Shown: positions 47,591 to 61,354, numbered from the stretch's first letter. The stretch: 64,000 bases of DNA from Fistulifera solaris (GCA_030295235.1 AP026151.1:496001-560000); one strand, 5' to 3'. Notes: generated from the letters alone by a model not told the origin. Made by a program: numbers and translations.

Positions 47591-49248
47591 AATGTGTTAA
47601 CTATGCATAGCAACGTAGTAGGCCAATAGTAAAAAGATTAAAAGCAAATCATAATCTCGAATGCAAGCACTAGATAGCGAAAGTCCGCATCGCCACATTG
47701 AACACAGCATCGAAACCAATCAATACTGTCTACGTATAAAGATGACCGACAAAAGAACCTTGTATCATTATTCATGAAAATCCTTAAGCATTAATCATTT
47801 AACTCTTGTCAGAGCTACGAGGAACTGTTACTGGTCTACAATGTCAAGAACTGCGTCTAGAGTAAATTGCTTTTGTTCAAGCGCTATGCCCATACTTAAC
47901 CTTGAAGTGTGATGGATCCGGTTTTGAACCCACATTTATTTTAAAATTTGAAGCTTTCATTTCATGTTTCGATTGTCGCATTCAACACTAAGTAGTCAGG
48001 AAATGAGACAACGAGGCATGTAGCGTAAACAACTTTCGCTTAAAGGCGATGCTCCTGTTTCATCCCTGTTTTGTTATCAATCGGGTTTCGAAGTTTTGAA
48101 GCCAAATTAACATAATATTACTTATTTTAAAAAATAAAAAATAATTCCCTCAATATCCGAGAGTGCAGAACCAAACGAACAGAGCCAAGCGCCGAAACCA
48201 AAGCGTGACTTCGGGTTAAAATCCCCATTACACCAAATGCTTTTTGCTTTAATCGTAGAACCAGGAAACCCCTTCTCTGCCTTAAATAGTTCCAATACTG
48301 GTTGAGTCTAAATGTAGTCATCGATCGTTCGCCTACGTGTATCAATACACTCCGTTATAAGCTTAATAGGGGGTAGAGCCATTAATTTGATCCATATATC
48401 TAGGATGGTCTCTTCCGTATGATACGGCAGACTACGCGGCGGAAAAAGATATCGACGAACTCATTGATCAGGTAAAGCTGTGATTCAATCCTAGAGATTT
48501 TCTTATTCCGTTTGCACCTCATCTGCGTTAATCGATCCAATGTTTCGAACCATCGCTTACGTCATTAAGCTCAACGCGCCCTCAAGCATTTACATGACAG
48601 ATTCCAACCATTATACATGGATAGTCAAGAAAAAATATCATGCCAAGCCCCGGAGCTTCTTCAACATTGATCGTCTTGCCAGCGCGGTATACGGAACTTT
48701 TTCACTATGTCCCGCATCTTTCCTGAGGAAACGAACCTCTGTAAGCTATTGAGTTATTAATCGGAACTCGTTATTCCAGCTCTCAAGCACCAGATGATGG
48801 TCGTTTTAGAGAAACCACAAACTCAAATCGTAACCATAATGGTCTTACCCATCGAGTGATTCCGGGAGATATTACTAAGAAATAACACAGACAAATAATA
48901 TTTTCAACCTCAAAGAGCTCGCTTTCCTTGTTGGCTTGGATGGTGATGCGAGGTTCGTATTTGCAACGATTCGCTGCTTTTGAATCTTTGTTGGACGTGG
49001 TTACTTTTACATAAATGTAAAGAATAGAACTATTTCAATCTTGATCTTGAATAAAAATACCGATAGAAGTTAGATATCAAAAATTCGGAGTGCTTATGTC
49101 ACTACGCAAGCATCGAATGAAGTGCAACAAAACTTACTCACAGATTCAAGATTTCAATAGAGATAGCTTGATCCTTGAATCTTGTGAGTTCCGTTGGTTT
49201 GCTTCTTCGCAACCTGATAGAATTAGTTAAAGTATATTTGAAAGCAGT

Positions 49249-49833
49249 TTGCACTTTGTGAATGACTTTATCCTATCTACGAAAATTAAAGCACAGCGAG
49301 CATGGCAACAACAGTTTCTCTCTTCTCTCCAGGAGTGGCACCATGATATGGATACCCCATCGCTCCTTCAAAACCAGTTTACCAAAAGACTAGTGGCATG
49401 GTTCGATCATCGTCCCACGGTGGACACCCCTATCGAAGTTCCTACCTGGCTCCTTATCGTCCGCGATCATTACTCCCAGACCGACTCCCAGTCATATCAC
49501 TACAACGAACAACACTGGGCCAAACTTCTTAGTCGTTTCCTAATTCAGCAAGTCGCCAAGGTATGGAAGCAGAGATGGTCCCACACCAATGAAGCACATA
49601 CGTCAACCGCAGCTCTTCATGAACGTCAGCGTTTGCAAGCCGAGGTCACTCGACTCTACGAGATGCAACCCCAATGCATCATTCAGCACGCCTTCGAAGT
49701 ACCACTCCAAGATCGACAAATGCATTATAGCGATACTCTTTTGCCTGGCTTACCAGGCGTGGCGCCAAAAAGGAACATTGCATTAACGCGATATTCGCCG
49801 TTTTTTACACCGATAAGCAACCATTTTTTATAA
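49249..49833 (+). mobile_element. Probable remnant of a non-LTR retrotransposon ORF C-terminus
   Basis: W..LL..F......W..R..H and RLQAEVTRLY resemble the C-terminal part of diatom LINE-like ORFs; lies in gene-poor AT-rich DNA; no RT domain seen. Confidence 0.45.
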
Positions 49834-50179
49834 CGAATCTGGTGCTCGGAAGTCACCTGTTTCAGAGATGCCGTCGTGGCTTTTAAGAACGATAGGTCCA
49901 TTAACAGAAGAAATACAGTGAAAATTGATGATATCAATTTGAAAAAATAGTGAAAAAAGCGGTCAAATGTCAAATCTAAAGTTGGCCTCTGTAACTTTGT
50001 TATGACGAAAGACAAAGTAAATGATATGAAAGAGACGGGCGTTTTTAATCAAGTGAATTCAAGCCGTCTCAAGGATAAATATATTGAATGTCTTCGATTA
50101 CTTTCGGAGTCGCATGCATTATATTGACTGATGAAAGATGAAAACTCTTTCACCTACAGCGATTCAAACATTTTTACAA

Positions 50180-50625
50180 GTTATGGAAGATTGTACGTTG
50201 TCAATGTCTATCTTAGTTAGAGTATAGATCCTGTTCGATTTTCTAAGTTGAACGCGCTCAATGTTACAGGGTTGTTCAGACATAAAAAATGGCTGATTGT
50301 TTGATTAAGTTTGCTGTCGGTATCGATTCGCTGGCTTAAGGCCTTTAGTTGGTGCTAATGTGTGAAGCAAACTTAGCGTCACGTTGCGTAATGGAAGATT
50401 GGACAGTGGTCAACCGCAATAGCTTTAAGATATATATCAAGTAAAGAATTTCTAAGTTGGATACGCTGCTATTGTAACAAGTAAAAGGCTCGCTCGCAGC
50501 AGAAATCTTGTGTATCGTATTGTTCTCTTAAAGACTTAATGTGTGAAGCAAACTTGGAACCGTGCTGCGTAATGAAAGATTAGACAGTATCAACCTCAAT
50601 CGCTTTAAGATATAGATCCAAGTAA
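50180..50625. repeat. Degenerate ~181-bp tandem repeat (about 2.5 copies) with a further partial copy at ~51237-51305
   Basis: TAATGTGTGAAGCAAACTT at 50356 and 50537; TTCTAAGTTG..GCT....GT.ACA at ~50241, ~50450 and ~51237. Confidence 0.8.
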
Positions 50626-51313
50626 GGGCTGGTTTCGCGAAAAGGCAAACTCCGCTATAATTGCGTGGATGTACACAAATACCTATAGTAAGTGCGATGC
50701 AACAAAATTTCTCGGCGGATGAACAACGTGAAACAACGCGATAGATGCGCGTGCCACCATGTTGGGCATTTATCATCGAAGTGAAGTTAAATAATGATTA
50801 TTTTTACATGATGATGCTTAATTTACCTAAATGGATGAATTGGGGCTTTGAATTTCGTCATTAATGCATATTTTGGGGCGCAACCATGAAAACCCATTCA
50901 CGCCGCGGAGAAATAACACGGCAAATCGACTCAAAAGCTAATTAGTATTATTAATATCTCGACCGTCAACGCTCCATTTTTGGACAAACTTATACATTAT
51001 CTTCTTGTTTATTATATTAAGCTGTGGGCTTGGTTTGACCAAAACTGAACAAGCATAGCGTAAGATATAAGCACTTCATTTATTTTTGCCATGGTCGTCG
51101 CGATGTCATCGCGATGGAATATTTTGAGGTGAAGAGTTTTTACTATAGTATCCATCTGTATCACGTAAGAAATCCTACCACGTCTACGAGCATTTTTTGT
51201 CAGTTGCTTTGTACGTTTAACCAGCCCTTAAAGTTTTTCTAAGTTGGACCCGCCGCTACTGTAACAAGTAACAAGCTCGCTCACAGCAGAAAGCTGGTTT
51301 ATCGTAAATAAAC

Positions 51314-52759
51314 TTATTCCTCGTCGGAGGAGCAATCTAAATCTAAATTCACGAAGTCTGCGTTTTGAAAAATGTTTGCCACAGGTTCGCGTGCTCTATT
51401 TCGGTTGTTTTGCGGTGAAGATGAATGCAATGGTGGTGGAACGGAATTGGTTGGTGCGTGACTCGCACTGTCGTTCGTTGCTGCTGTATTGGGTTGCGCA
51501 TCGTCGTCGTCATCATCGTCATCGCTGCTGAAGAGCGCCAGATCTTCCTCGCCTGGACAAGCCGTCCACAAGCCCACTTGCTCGTCCTCTGTCGACCTCT
51601 CCTTCCGTTTCTGCGATGGAGCTGCTGCCGACAAAGCGCTTGGACCGCATTGATGATGATGATTCTGTCGTTGATTGTTTGAAATATCGCTGCTATGAAC
51701 ATTCGTTGAAATTTTGATCAGAGTTCTCGTTGCCGGTGATGGTGGTGGCGGCGGCAGTGCCCTAGTTGAGTCTGTAGGGAGGGCTGTGGGACGTTGCTCT
51801 CTTTCTAAAGATAACTGCCCCGGGGAGTGCATTGGCTCTTGAAATGCAGCCGAAGTGGACATCTGCTCACTTCTACTCGTCGAAAACAAAGTCGTCTCCT
51901 CTGTTTCGTAAATTGCGTCAAATTCATCACAATCCTCGGCCACACTCTCCAGAGACGACGTGAGCGTGTTTCGCTTTTCCATCCATTCAATAAATCGAGG
52001 ATCGGCTATGTCGCCACCATCTTCCTCATTTGCCGGCGGAGACCACACGCATTCAATATTTTGCTCACCAACGAGCAACATTCGCCTATATTCATTGGCT
52101 TCGCTGGTCGCTTTGTTGTCGCCGCCGGGCGACGAATCAAGTAAGATAGTGACCTCTTTCAACATCCATACCATTCCAATTCGAACATACTTGGGAAGCT
52201 TTTGCTCTTGTTCGACAAAACGCGGCTTGATCCAAGCATTAATTTTAGCACCCGTCTCATCCAGAAGCTCGACGACCCACAATGTATCCGATCGCGCATC
52301 AATCGCGTGCACCAAAACAAGGAGTGATTTGTTGGGGGCCAGCTTCCAATCGACTTGACCCCGTAGAATTTCCAGTATCATGACAAACTTGGGCGGCATG
52401 AAGCGACGAATTGTCGTGTATCGCTGTTCTTCGGATAGATAGGAACGTAGCATCGGTGTCACAATTTGCAAATGGCAAAGCATGTCGACCCAGGCGCGAG
52501 AGTAAAAGACCACACCCGATGTCGGAGTTTTTGTGTTTTCCGCAATACCCTGAGTGAATTCAATACCCCTTTCTTCCTCGTGACTCTCTTCATTCATGCT
52601 GATACTCAGAAGAGATCCGTTTTTGGCATTCAGCTGCTCACGTTGCGCTTGAAATAGAACACCGGCAGGTCCGACCGGTGCATAGCGACGACGGTGACAT
52701 TTTGCCTTCTTTTGTGGGTTGTGCGAAGACAGCAGGACTTGTGATGATATGTCTGTCAT
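51314..52759 (-). CDS. HROB/MCM8IP-like OB-fold protein (DUF4539)
   Basis: PVGPAGVL, SRAWVDM, LLDETG..I.AWI, IGMVWMLKEVTIL, VGEQNIECVW. Confidence 0.7.
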   Translation of the reverse strand: MTDISSQVLLSSHNPQKKAKCHRRRYAPVGPAGVLFQAQREQLNAKNGSLLSISMNEESHEEERGIEFTQGIAENTKTPTSGVVFYSRAWVDMLCHLQIVTPMLRSYLSEEQRYTTIRRFMPPKFVMILEILRGQVDWKLAPNKSLLVLVHAIDARSDTLWVVELLDETGAKINAWIKPRFVEQEQKLPKYVRIGMVWMLKEVTILLDSSPGGDNKATSEANEYRRMLLVGEQNIECVWSPPANEEDGGDIADPRFIEWMEKRNTLTSSLESVAEDCDEFDAIYETEETTLFSTSRSEQMSTSAAFQEPMHSPGQLSLEREQRPTALPTDSTRALPPPPPSPATRTLIKISTNVHSSDISNNQRQNHHHQCGPSALSAAAPSQKRKERSTEDEQVGLWTACPGEEDLALFSSDDDDDDDDAQPNTAATNDSASHAPTNSVPPPLHSSSPQNNRNRAREPVANIFQNADFVNLDLDCSSDEE

Positions 52760-53250
52760 TGTTGTTTAGTTAAAAAGCTTGACATTCATCGGTAATCAAT
52801 ATACTATGAATAATCTGGAGAGAACTTTGGTCGGCTCGCATTATTATTGTGTGTTTTCTTCCGCAACGCAGCATTGCGGGAAAAAAGTGCGCCGCGGAAA
52901 TTGCAGTGCGCGAAGCAGAGCCGCGCACCGCGCCTGTCGCGCGGACGCGTCGTTTCTTGTTTCTTCTCCTCCACCTCCGAACAAACACTCATCATCGCGA
53001 GACGCCGACACAAAAACACAGAAAGCGTAAAAGCTTTATTTCTTTTCAAATCATCGTATTTACCACCTAATTAATGTCGTATATGCATGCACATAATAAT
53101 CTGCTCCGACGAGACTTGGGCGGCAAGCTGTTGAAAGCGGCAAAATGGCGATATCAAGGGGGACGGCCCGCCGCTGAATTTCACACACACGTTCACAGTC
53201 TTCTCCTTCGACAAGATCAGAATAGACGCGATCATGAGGAAAAATACCGC

Positions 53251-53753
53251 ATGCAAGCTCTGCCTCAACCATTGGGTATTTCGGTAGCATCCTATCATTC
53301 CAGTGCCGCCAATGAGAAAGCTGTGGCAATTATCTTGGGATTGGGTGCCGTGTCGGCGGCGTCTTACGCAGCATCGAGTGGAATTAAAGCTTACAATGAG
53401 TGGAAGGCATCTTTACCAGAAGAGCCACCCGTGATAGAAAAGGAGGAATTGAACGAAGAGCCGAAAAAGAAAAGGAAGAAGAACAGGAGAAAGGTGATAG
53501 AGAAAACATTTTCGCGAAATGGTTTGGGGCTGGTGTCGGTGCAAAATATTACGAAGGAGGCTTTGAGGAAGAGATGACCCGTCGCGAAGCTGCTCTAATC
53601 CTCGGTGTCCGTGAATCTAGTTCCCCTGCTCGAATCAAGGAAGCTCATAGAAAGCTTCTTGTTTTGAATCATCCTGATACGGGTGGCTCGACCTACATTG
53701 CTGGAAAACTTAACGAAGCAAAGGAGCTTTTATTGAAAGGCAAGCGAATGTAA
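53251..53753 (+). CDS. PAM18: Mitochondrial import motor J-protein PAM18/TIM14 (frameshift ~53465)
   Basis: [53 protein letters not shown] segment. Confidence 0.93.
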
Positions 53754-54362
53754 TGTTAGACACTAAAGCGATGCGTTTATATTGTCTTTATTTAGAACCT
53801 TAGTTTTAAAACGTCTACCTTGAGTCGTGACTCTTACTCCCTCCCGCCTCCCCGTTGTGTCGCGGTTTCTATTTTTTTCAATCTCTATGAAACAAAGCTG
53901 GGCCTGCGCGACAATGTAACCGCTTTTAACCGCTTCAGGACTCTAGGACCGTTGGAAGTACTTTAACTGGTATAGTCACCAAAGAAGATGCGGAAATGCT
54001 TATGTACACTTTTCGCTATGGTCAGAGGACGTTTCTGGTGTCGTCGTTGCCTACAAATTCCAGAGATGCGATCGCACAACAAAACCATCATTATTCATTA
54101 TTATCATTGAATGTAAATGATCTGTCATAGTCATTCATCTGCGTCGGACCTTCCTCTATTGCATCTTGATCGTCTTTCACGACGTTCTTGTATTTGTGAG
54201 TGTTAAGCTGTCAGCATTGGCTGACTCGGGCCATCGCACTCACATGGGCTTCTCCGTGATGTCGTCATTTTGCTGTGCTGGGATCTCATCATTTCTGTCA
54301 TTCCTTCCTTCTCTCTACTCTTCTAGATGAAATAATACGTTCACAAACTAAGCCTGCTAAAT

Positions 54363-55862
54363 ATGAAAAGCGCGCGATCTCCTGATCTTCCACGAAAACG
54401 GCCTCGTCGCGATGGAGCGAAACGCGCAAGGGCCGCATTGGTACAGCATTGTAGTTGTTCTTGCGAAAAGGTTTATACGGATTTCTCTGACTCTTTACTT
54501 TCTTCTACAGGGAGATGTGTCGAACGCAACGGATAATGCTCGAAACCGCTCCAGCGGTATGCCGGTGAAAGTCCGCAGAAGCTCTCGGCTTTCTGGAGTT
54601 GATAAATTGAAAGAGGAAACTGACGGAATCTCTCATTTTCATGAAAATCTTTCGATTGAATTAGCCAAGGATCTTTCCGAAGAACCGAAATCGAAACGGC
54701 GACGAGTAGAAACACGTAGAAGCAGCGGTAGCTCTTGTTTTGGCGATGAGACTGACCACCACACAACAACTTTTGATATGAATGTTTCATCTCCTTTTGA
54801 TTGTTCGAAGTACACCCTGGGATTTTCGCGGCATGACAAAAGCACAAGAGGAGATGTCCTTCAAGCTCCAGAGTATGTTTGTGATATCTTTCAGCGTCTT
54901 TTCAAGATCGAGGTAAGCGACTCGTGACGTTGCTGAAAAAACTTTCGGCGTATCAGCTCAATTACTTTGATTGCTTTTGTACATGGCAGTCGAAAGTGTT
55001 GGAAACCGCCTCCAGATTGCATCCTTCGATGGAAAATCAAGCAGAACTCAACCCAACAATGCGCATGATCGTTATTGACTGGCTAGTCGAGGTCCACGCA
55101 AAGTTTCGACTCGATCCTGCCACCCTTCATCTTTGTGTTCATATCTTCGATCGATTCCTATCTGTTCAACAAGTCAGTCGAGGTCGAGTCCAACTCGTTG
55201 CTGTTACATCTCTCCTGCTTGCTTCCAAGTACGAAGACATATACCCGCCACAGATCAAAGATTGCGTTTATGTCACAGATAGGGCCTATAGTCGCGATGA
55301 CATCCTAGAAATGGAGAGCGAAATCTTGGCCAAGCTAGACTTCAAAATCTCTGAACCCACCGGATATCCCTTTCTTCGGCGTTTTCTGTTCATCTCGAAA
55401 GCCACTCCTCTGATGGAAACTGCGGCGCATTATTACATGGACAGAATGCTTCAAGAACCAGACTATTTGAAACATCGCCCGTCCCTCTTCGCTGCCTCAG
55501 CCGTTTGTTTAGCAATTAACAACGAAGATATCCGATCCAGTGATGGCGTGGAGAGCAAGCCAGGAATTGTAAGAAAAGTCGCGCGTGTTGTCCATGAGCA
55601 AACCGATTACTCACTTTTCAACTTTACTGCTTTGCAGCCCGTCATACTGTTGGAGTACACTGGCTTTACTGCTGAAGAAATTCTGGACGTCTCAAGCTTG
55701 ATTGTCAATAAACTTTCTAAATCGGTTGTCCTTGCTTCCAAACGTCAGCTGTATGCTGTCAAGGAAAAGTACTCTCACCCGGATTACATGAGCATCGCGG
55801 TTGACATTGACCCACCTGAAATTGCCAGCTTGAGCAACCGACAGGGAAAGAAGCGAAGCTAA
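54363..55862 (+). CDS. Mitotic A/B-type cyclin; introns 54441-54510, 54913-54989, ~55569-55637
   Basis: Spliced D-box RAAL/GDVSN; cyclin box MRMIVIDWLVEVHAKF, LQ-like VQLVAVTSLLLASKYEDIYPP, AVKEKY. Confidence 0.92.
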
Positions 55863-56408
55863 TGAGCATCGCAATCGTCTCTCCTCTCGCATAATCCGCT
55901 TTACTTTCACTACATGTGACTGACGAATGGAGAGGCTTTGCTCCCAGACGGACTTGCTGTTTTGTAACAACAGTAGCAAGCATCGTAGATTCATTATACA
56001 AAATTCATACTTAGAGCGGAATAAATTATTGTAAAATATTGCTTTGGACTGAAGTATTTAGTCGATCTATTTTGAGCTTTTCTCATTGATCTTGAGTGGA
56101 GCTATGTCTGCACGAGCAAGCCTTAATGCGATAGCGATGCGACGGTAGTGGCGAATTCCTAGGATGTGAGGCTGAAACAAGACTCCTCAACGTTCACGAC
56201 TCACGAAGTCCGACGTGAAAAATTGCGGGACGACGAGCTCGGGTCACAATTGGATGCGGGGATGATGATGCTTTCATTGCATTTTTGATTGAGGACGAGG
56301 AAGAGTCGTTCATTGGCTGTAAATGCACTCATTAATAAACCGATTATTGAACTGAAAACAGTGCTGCTTGTCCTGGTTTGCTCTATATTAATCAAATTGT
56401 TCACGAGG

Positions 56409-59048
56409 ATGTCAAACAAGACTCAGCATGTGCTGGCTTATACAATCCGACCACCGTTAACAGCCGGCGACAGGGGAGAGCCTTCCAAATCTATTTTGAA
56501 AGATGTCGAGCGAATATTTGCCTTGATAGAAGATGAGAGACATTTGATTGCCCATCGTCTTTACGAAAGTGTTCAACGTCGTATCCGTCAAATAGAGGAT
56601 CAACTGCCAGTGAAGAAGAAAAGCCGTAAGTTCAAAGGATTGCTCAAAAAGAAAATGCAGCTCTTACTAAAGAACAAGAGGAACTACAACTTGCTAAGAA
56701 TATATTGAAAGAAAAGGAGAGTGAGCTTCATAAACTGGAGGTAGGTTCTGCGTGTTGTGTTTGCCCAAGCCGTTGTGCTTAACTCACGGGCAATAAAATA
56801 TTGACTTTTTGTGATAGAATGTCAGCAGAATTTTTTATGGCGCGCTCAAAAACCTAAATACAGACGAAGACTGGACATTTGCGTCGCTGCACTTTGGAAT
56901 AACAACCTACTATCGCCGCGAGGAGGACGGAAGTTTAAGTGTCAAACTGGAGGGGGGAGCTCACGGGTGTTCCGCTTTTCGAACAGATTGCTGTACTACG
57001 GGCTGGGGATTTACACTATAAATGGGTACCATTTTGTTCGTCGTCAATGATAATAGCTCAGTTGGGGAAGCTTGACATTATAAATTGGTTCATGATCGGG
57101 ATCCCTCAGTTTGGATTGGCGAGAGATGGTTGCTATCGAGCCATTGGTTGCGACAACATGTCTGAAGATGGTAGTATTATCATCGCTGGACAAGGTATTA
57201 ACGACATAATGCCAGGGGATCATCCTCCCGAAGATCCCTTTCTTTCTAATGATCCTGCCGTTTTTGCACTCAACATCCCTCCGGCACCGACAAAACGCGG
57301 TAACGGTCGAATGACCATTCGGAAGTTTGAAACTGTTGTAAACATTACATCACCCACTTCAGCCAAAACCAGAATAGTGGCCAACTTGAACCCAAATATT
57401 GCTTTTCTTTCTCAAGGGATCATCGATTTTGCGTTGAAACATCTCGCGGGGGTCGTATTAGCCAAGCTTCAGTCGGCAGCTAAAAGGTTGTGAAAAACCC
57501 AGTCACAAACCATCATGCTCAACAAATGCGCGAAGAGCCCGATTTTTATCAGACATGGTTAATGGCGAAATTCAAAGCGTTTTGTGATGAGAAAGGATGG
57601 GAAATGCCGAGGGTGTCTGCGTTTACCGTAAACGAAGAGCAGCTGGCACACAACCGCAGGTATACAGATCGCAAAACAAGGAAGCTCAATACGTTTGGTG
57701 GGCATGATAGCTTCGTTTCGGATAGAGTTGATCAAGCGTCCGTACAAAGCGCGTGTAATATGAAACCAGAAAAGACTGACGACTCAGTTTCGGAGATCAC
57801 CGCGAAGTCCAGTGTGTCGATGTGGCAAAACAATCCGGTCTCCAACTACATGCAAGCTGTTAAGGTTCGCAAAACGCAAGAAAAGGAAGCCAAAATCGCA
57901 CAGGTCCGACAGCGCGTGACGGATATGATGAAGCCCAAGATGCTATCATTTGAGCAACAAGATCGTCTTGAGGAGCTTCGTCTTGCCAAACAGCGTAGAA
58001 TGGAGGGGATGGGCTTGTTTTTGCGCGATGACTCGGCAGCTGCACGTACAGCTGCAGGTTCAGCTACAGATACTTCACGAAGCCTATCACAACATCGTAC
58101 TTTCAAAAGAAAGTCAATTTACAGCTATACGAGCATGGGAAGTGGACTCGGATTTCTGTTATGACAGTCTTCGTCGCTCTACTGTTCGTCATGCTGCACC
58201 CTTCTTTGCTGGCGATCAGCTTTTTAGATGGCTCGCTTTTGCGTGGAGGAAATGACACAACGAGCGAATGGATGCGTGATTTTTACACGACTTTGTATAT
58301 CGCTCTATGCACACTCTTGCATTGTTGTCTCTGTGACGTTTGCCTCGTCTACACGTTCTCTTCGCTCGAACTTGGCAGTAAAACCGGTCAGCAAATACGA
58401 AGTTTCTATGGGACAAATGTGAGGGTGGGTGTTTTTGTCTTGTCTGTGGGCATGGCTATTTTTAGTGTGACAAAGGCGTCCCTACGGGCTCTATTGTATA
58501 TCTCTTTCCGGACATTAAGACAGTTGCCATCGTTGGCGCAAACGACGGCAGGAACGAGTCTCGATAAAATCGAGCATTTCTTGTCCGGAACCGACAAGGA
58601 GGTTGCTGCTTTCGCACTGCTAGTGCTTCGCTGGCTTCGAAGTACTTTAAGTTTCTCGTGGGAACGATTCGATACGTTTCTTTTCCGTATCCCTATCTCT
58701 GACGCCAAGCTCGGCCTTCTGGGTGAGGTCGTTGAAACAATACACGACACTGCCTTGTACCCTTTTGCGGTCGCTGCTAGATTTCTTTCTCATGGCTCGT
58801 TGAATGATATGAGCTGGAATATTCACATGAGTTGGAGGCATGATATATTTTCGACAGCGAAGTATTTATTCTCGTATTCAGCAGTTTTCCTCGTCACGGT
58901 GGTTCTTCTGTTCCTTTTGACTGCCCCAAGAACGAGGCAGGGTGGATCACCTAGAGTTCCTTTATCAGATAAGGATGCAAATTCAGTGGCGGGAAGTCAG
59001 GTACTGGTCACCGCCAGTGGCTCGCGTAGCTCAGCAAGCACCAGGTGA
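56409..59048 (+). CDS. START/SRPBCC-like domain protein with C-terminal TM region; intron ~56741-56817, several frameshifts
   Basis: DWT..TTYYR, KLEG, DLHYKWVPFC, ANLNPN..FL..IIDF..K; hydrophobic C-terminal segments. Confidence 0.65.
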
Positions 59049-59496
59049 ACCAACTGAACTCTGTTCCTAGTTCAGTAGGGGTGTTTGAGAATGCAAGAGA
59101 TGGTCGCCAGGGAAACAATTAAGCTAGGGCTCTTTACTTTAGAAATTAGTTTGAAATATTACCGAGTACTATTTACTGGTACCGTAATTGACGCAAGTAA
59201 GGTTACTGTAGACCCTAATTTTACGGTTAGGGATTTTTTATTTTTATTATTTTTCTTTTTTCAAAAAAAGTTGATGGCTAACTTCAATACCGCTAAGACT
59301 AAATGCCGACTGTCCTTTATCCGGACGCCGAGAGCCACTGTTTTTCCCTTTCTCTTCCCGAACCGAAACTTCCGGAGCCTTCTGTTTTTCCTCTGCCTGA
59401 CCATTTTCGTTCTTCTTCGGCTTTTCGTATCTTGTTCTGTGATACGTTCTGTTGTCATTTTATTTCGCAACGAAGACAACTTTGCGGAGTCGCACA

Positions 59497-60669
59497 ATGT
59501 TTTCAAGGCAATACCTCTCCCTGTTATATGCCTGCTTGGCGATCGTTCCGACGAGCGCGTTTGTTGGGTTTTCTTACAGTCCTCGACCGACGGTTTTTCT
59601 TCAGAGCACTCTAGGGCGTAACGAAAACGAATGGGGAATACCTTACAGCGAAGACTTGCCTCCGTTGGCTGACAATCGCATGCCGGTTTCGAGGAAACTA
59701 CCAAACGGAGGTCAAGTAACACTCTTGGGAAGTAAGTATTGCAGGGACGAGGGATGATGGTTACTGTAGAACCGGCATGTTGCCTGTTTTTATATCAGCA
59801 ACTTCTAACAAAATTGATTGACTTCTCCTTTGACAGGTGGCCCCGGGGATCCTGACTTGCTAACTATGGCCGCCTTTAAGCTGTTAACGAAAAAGACCCG
59901 AATACCTTGGTGATCGTAGATCGGTTAGTCTCCCGAGAAATATTAGATTTGATCCCCAATGAAATAAAAATTGCGAGGAAGCTTCCGGGTTGTGCGGATC
60001 TCGCTCAGGAAGAAATATATTGGTGGGCGTATCAAGCGCTGAATAAAGGAAAGCACGTCATTCGTCTGAAGATTGGAGATCCGTTTGTATTCGGTCGTGG
60101 CGGAGAAGAAGTCTTGAAGTTTCGGCATTTTGGTGTCGAGGCTAAGGTCGTTCCGGTAAGTACTCTGGCACGCGCTTCAACAACAACTAGTTGGCACGAC
60201 AGTTCTCACATTCGAATGTTAATGGTAGGGAGTTTCGGCTGCCTTTTCCGCGCCTCTTTTGGGGATGATTCCTGTGACTCACCGAGGATATGCCAATCAG
60301 GTCGTGATGTGCACTGGATACGGTCGTGACAATAGCTCTCCGGATTTGATACAGTATCATAAAGAACAGACGGTCGTTTTTCTCATGGCGGTGGGACGGT
60401 TGCAGCAGCTTTGCAGGAGTTTGATCGAAAAAGCCAACTATCCACCGAGCACTCCAGTCGCGATTATCGAAAAAGCCGGCTGCCCCGACCAACGAACCGT
60501 TGTCGGCGACATGACGAACATTGCCGATATTGCTGAGCAACACAAAATAAAGCCACCAAGTACGATAGTGGTTGGCGAAGTAGTGCATGCATTACTGGAT
60601 AATGGACAGATGGACGGCAAACGCGTTTCGGGATTGATTCAAAATGCAGTCAAGAATTCTTCGAATTGA
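59497..60669 (+). CDS. Uroporphyrin-III C-methyltransferase (SUMT, plastid); introns ~59732-59836 and 60156-60228
   Basis: TSAF presequence; GPGDPDLLT, DRLV, RLKIGDPFVFGRGGEE, VPGVS, IPVTHRG, VVGEV. Confidence 0.93.
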
Positions 60670-60960
60670 AAAGGGCTGAGTGATTTCATTTGGACGTTGG
60701 AGTGAATTCCGGTGATTCGAAGCGATCTAATGAGTTGCCACGTCTCCTTTATGGATAAGAACATTTCACACGGATCATTTCATAAAACCCAGCTGATTGT
60801 GGCTAGAAAAGAACCTTTCCGTCTTGTGCCCTTTTTACAACTCACGATTTTGAATAAAAAACTGTAACATGATCCGTATCAACCCGTGGTAATTTTATAA
60901 ATATCCAGTTTGTGAAAAAGATTTTTCTAAACCATGAGAGCGATGTGTGCGTTAGCTAAA

Positions 60961-61354
60961 TTATTTGATTTCTAAGCCTTTCTCTTTTAGCGATTTCAAA
61001 GTAGGTTCGGGGGGAACTTTGCCCGTACAGGCACGAACCATACGACCGGCCAGATTGATTTGACAAGTGGCACAGTCACCTCTGCGAAAGAAAGTCAGTG
61101 AGGGGGGACGTATCGTACGGAACTTTTGATGAAAATACCCAGGCACTCACTTTTTACACGAATATTTGACCGGAACCCCCAAGCTTGCACAAGCTTTCGA
61201 AAGAGGACTTCCCGCTGGAAAATCTTTTCTTTTTACCCCGAAATGTCAGTGTTGTCATGTGCAGCGACGACGAGGTAGCCGAGGGTTGTTGTGTGAGCAC
61301 AACAAAGGACGAGACCGAGGCCAAGAGCTCCAGTAATAACACCAGAAACTTCAT
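60961..61354 (-). CDS. Small plastid 2Fe-2S ferredoxin-like protein; intron 61082-61150, frameshift ~61230
   Basis: Signal peptide plus SSF; C..GDCATC..RAC cysteine pattern after splicing. Confidence 0.7.

Noticed and set aside
47897..48218. Second piggyBac-like MITE (TTAA-CCTTGAAGT / ACTTCGGG-TTAA)
   Set aside because: The terminal match is too short and imperfect to support
57490..57493. TGA as selenocysteine or readthrough (also at 8605)
   Set aside because: Downstream coding continues in a different frame, which fits an indel
59214..59233. CCCTAA/TTAGGG telomere-like hairpin
   Set aside because: Single hexamers, consistent with chance
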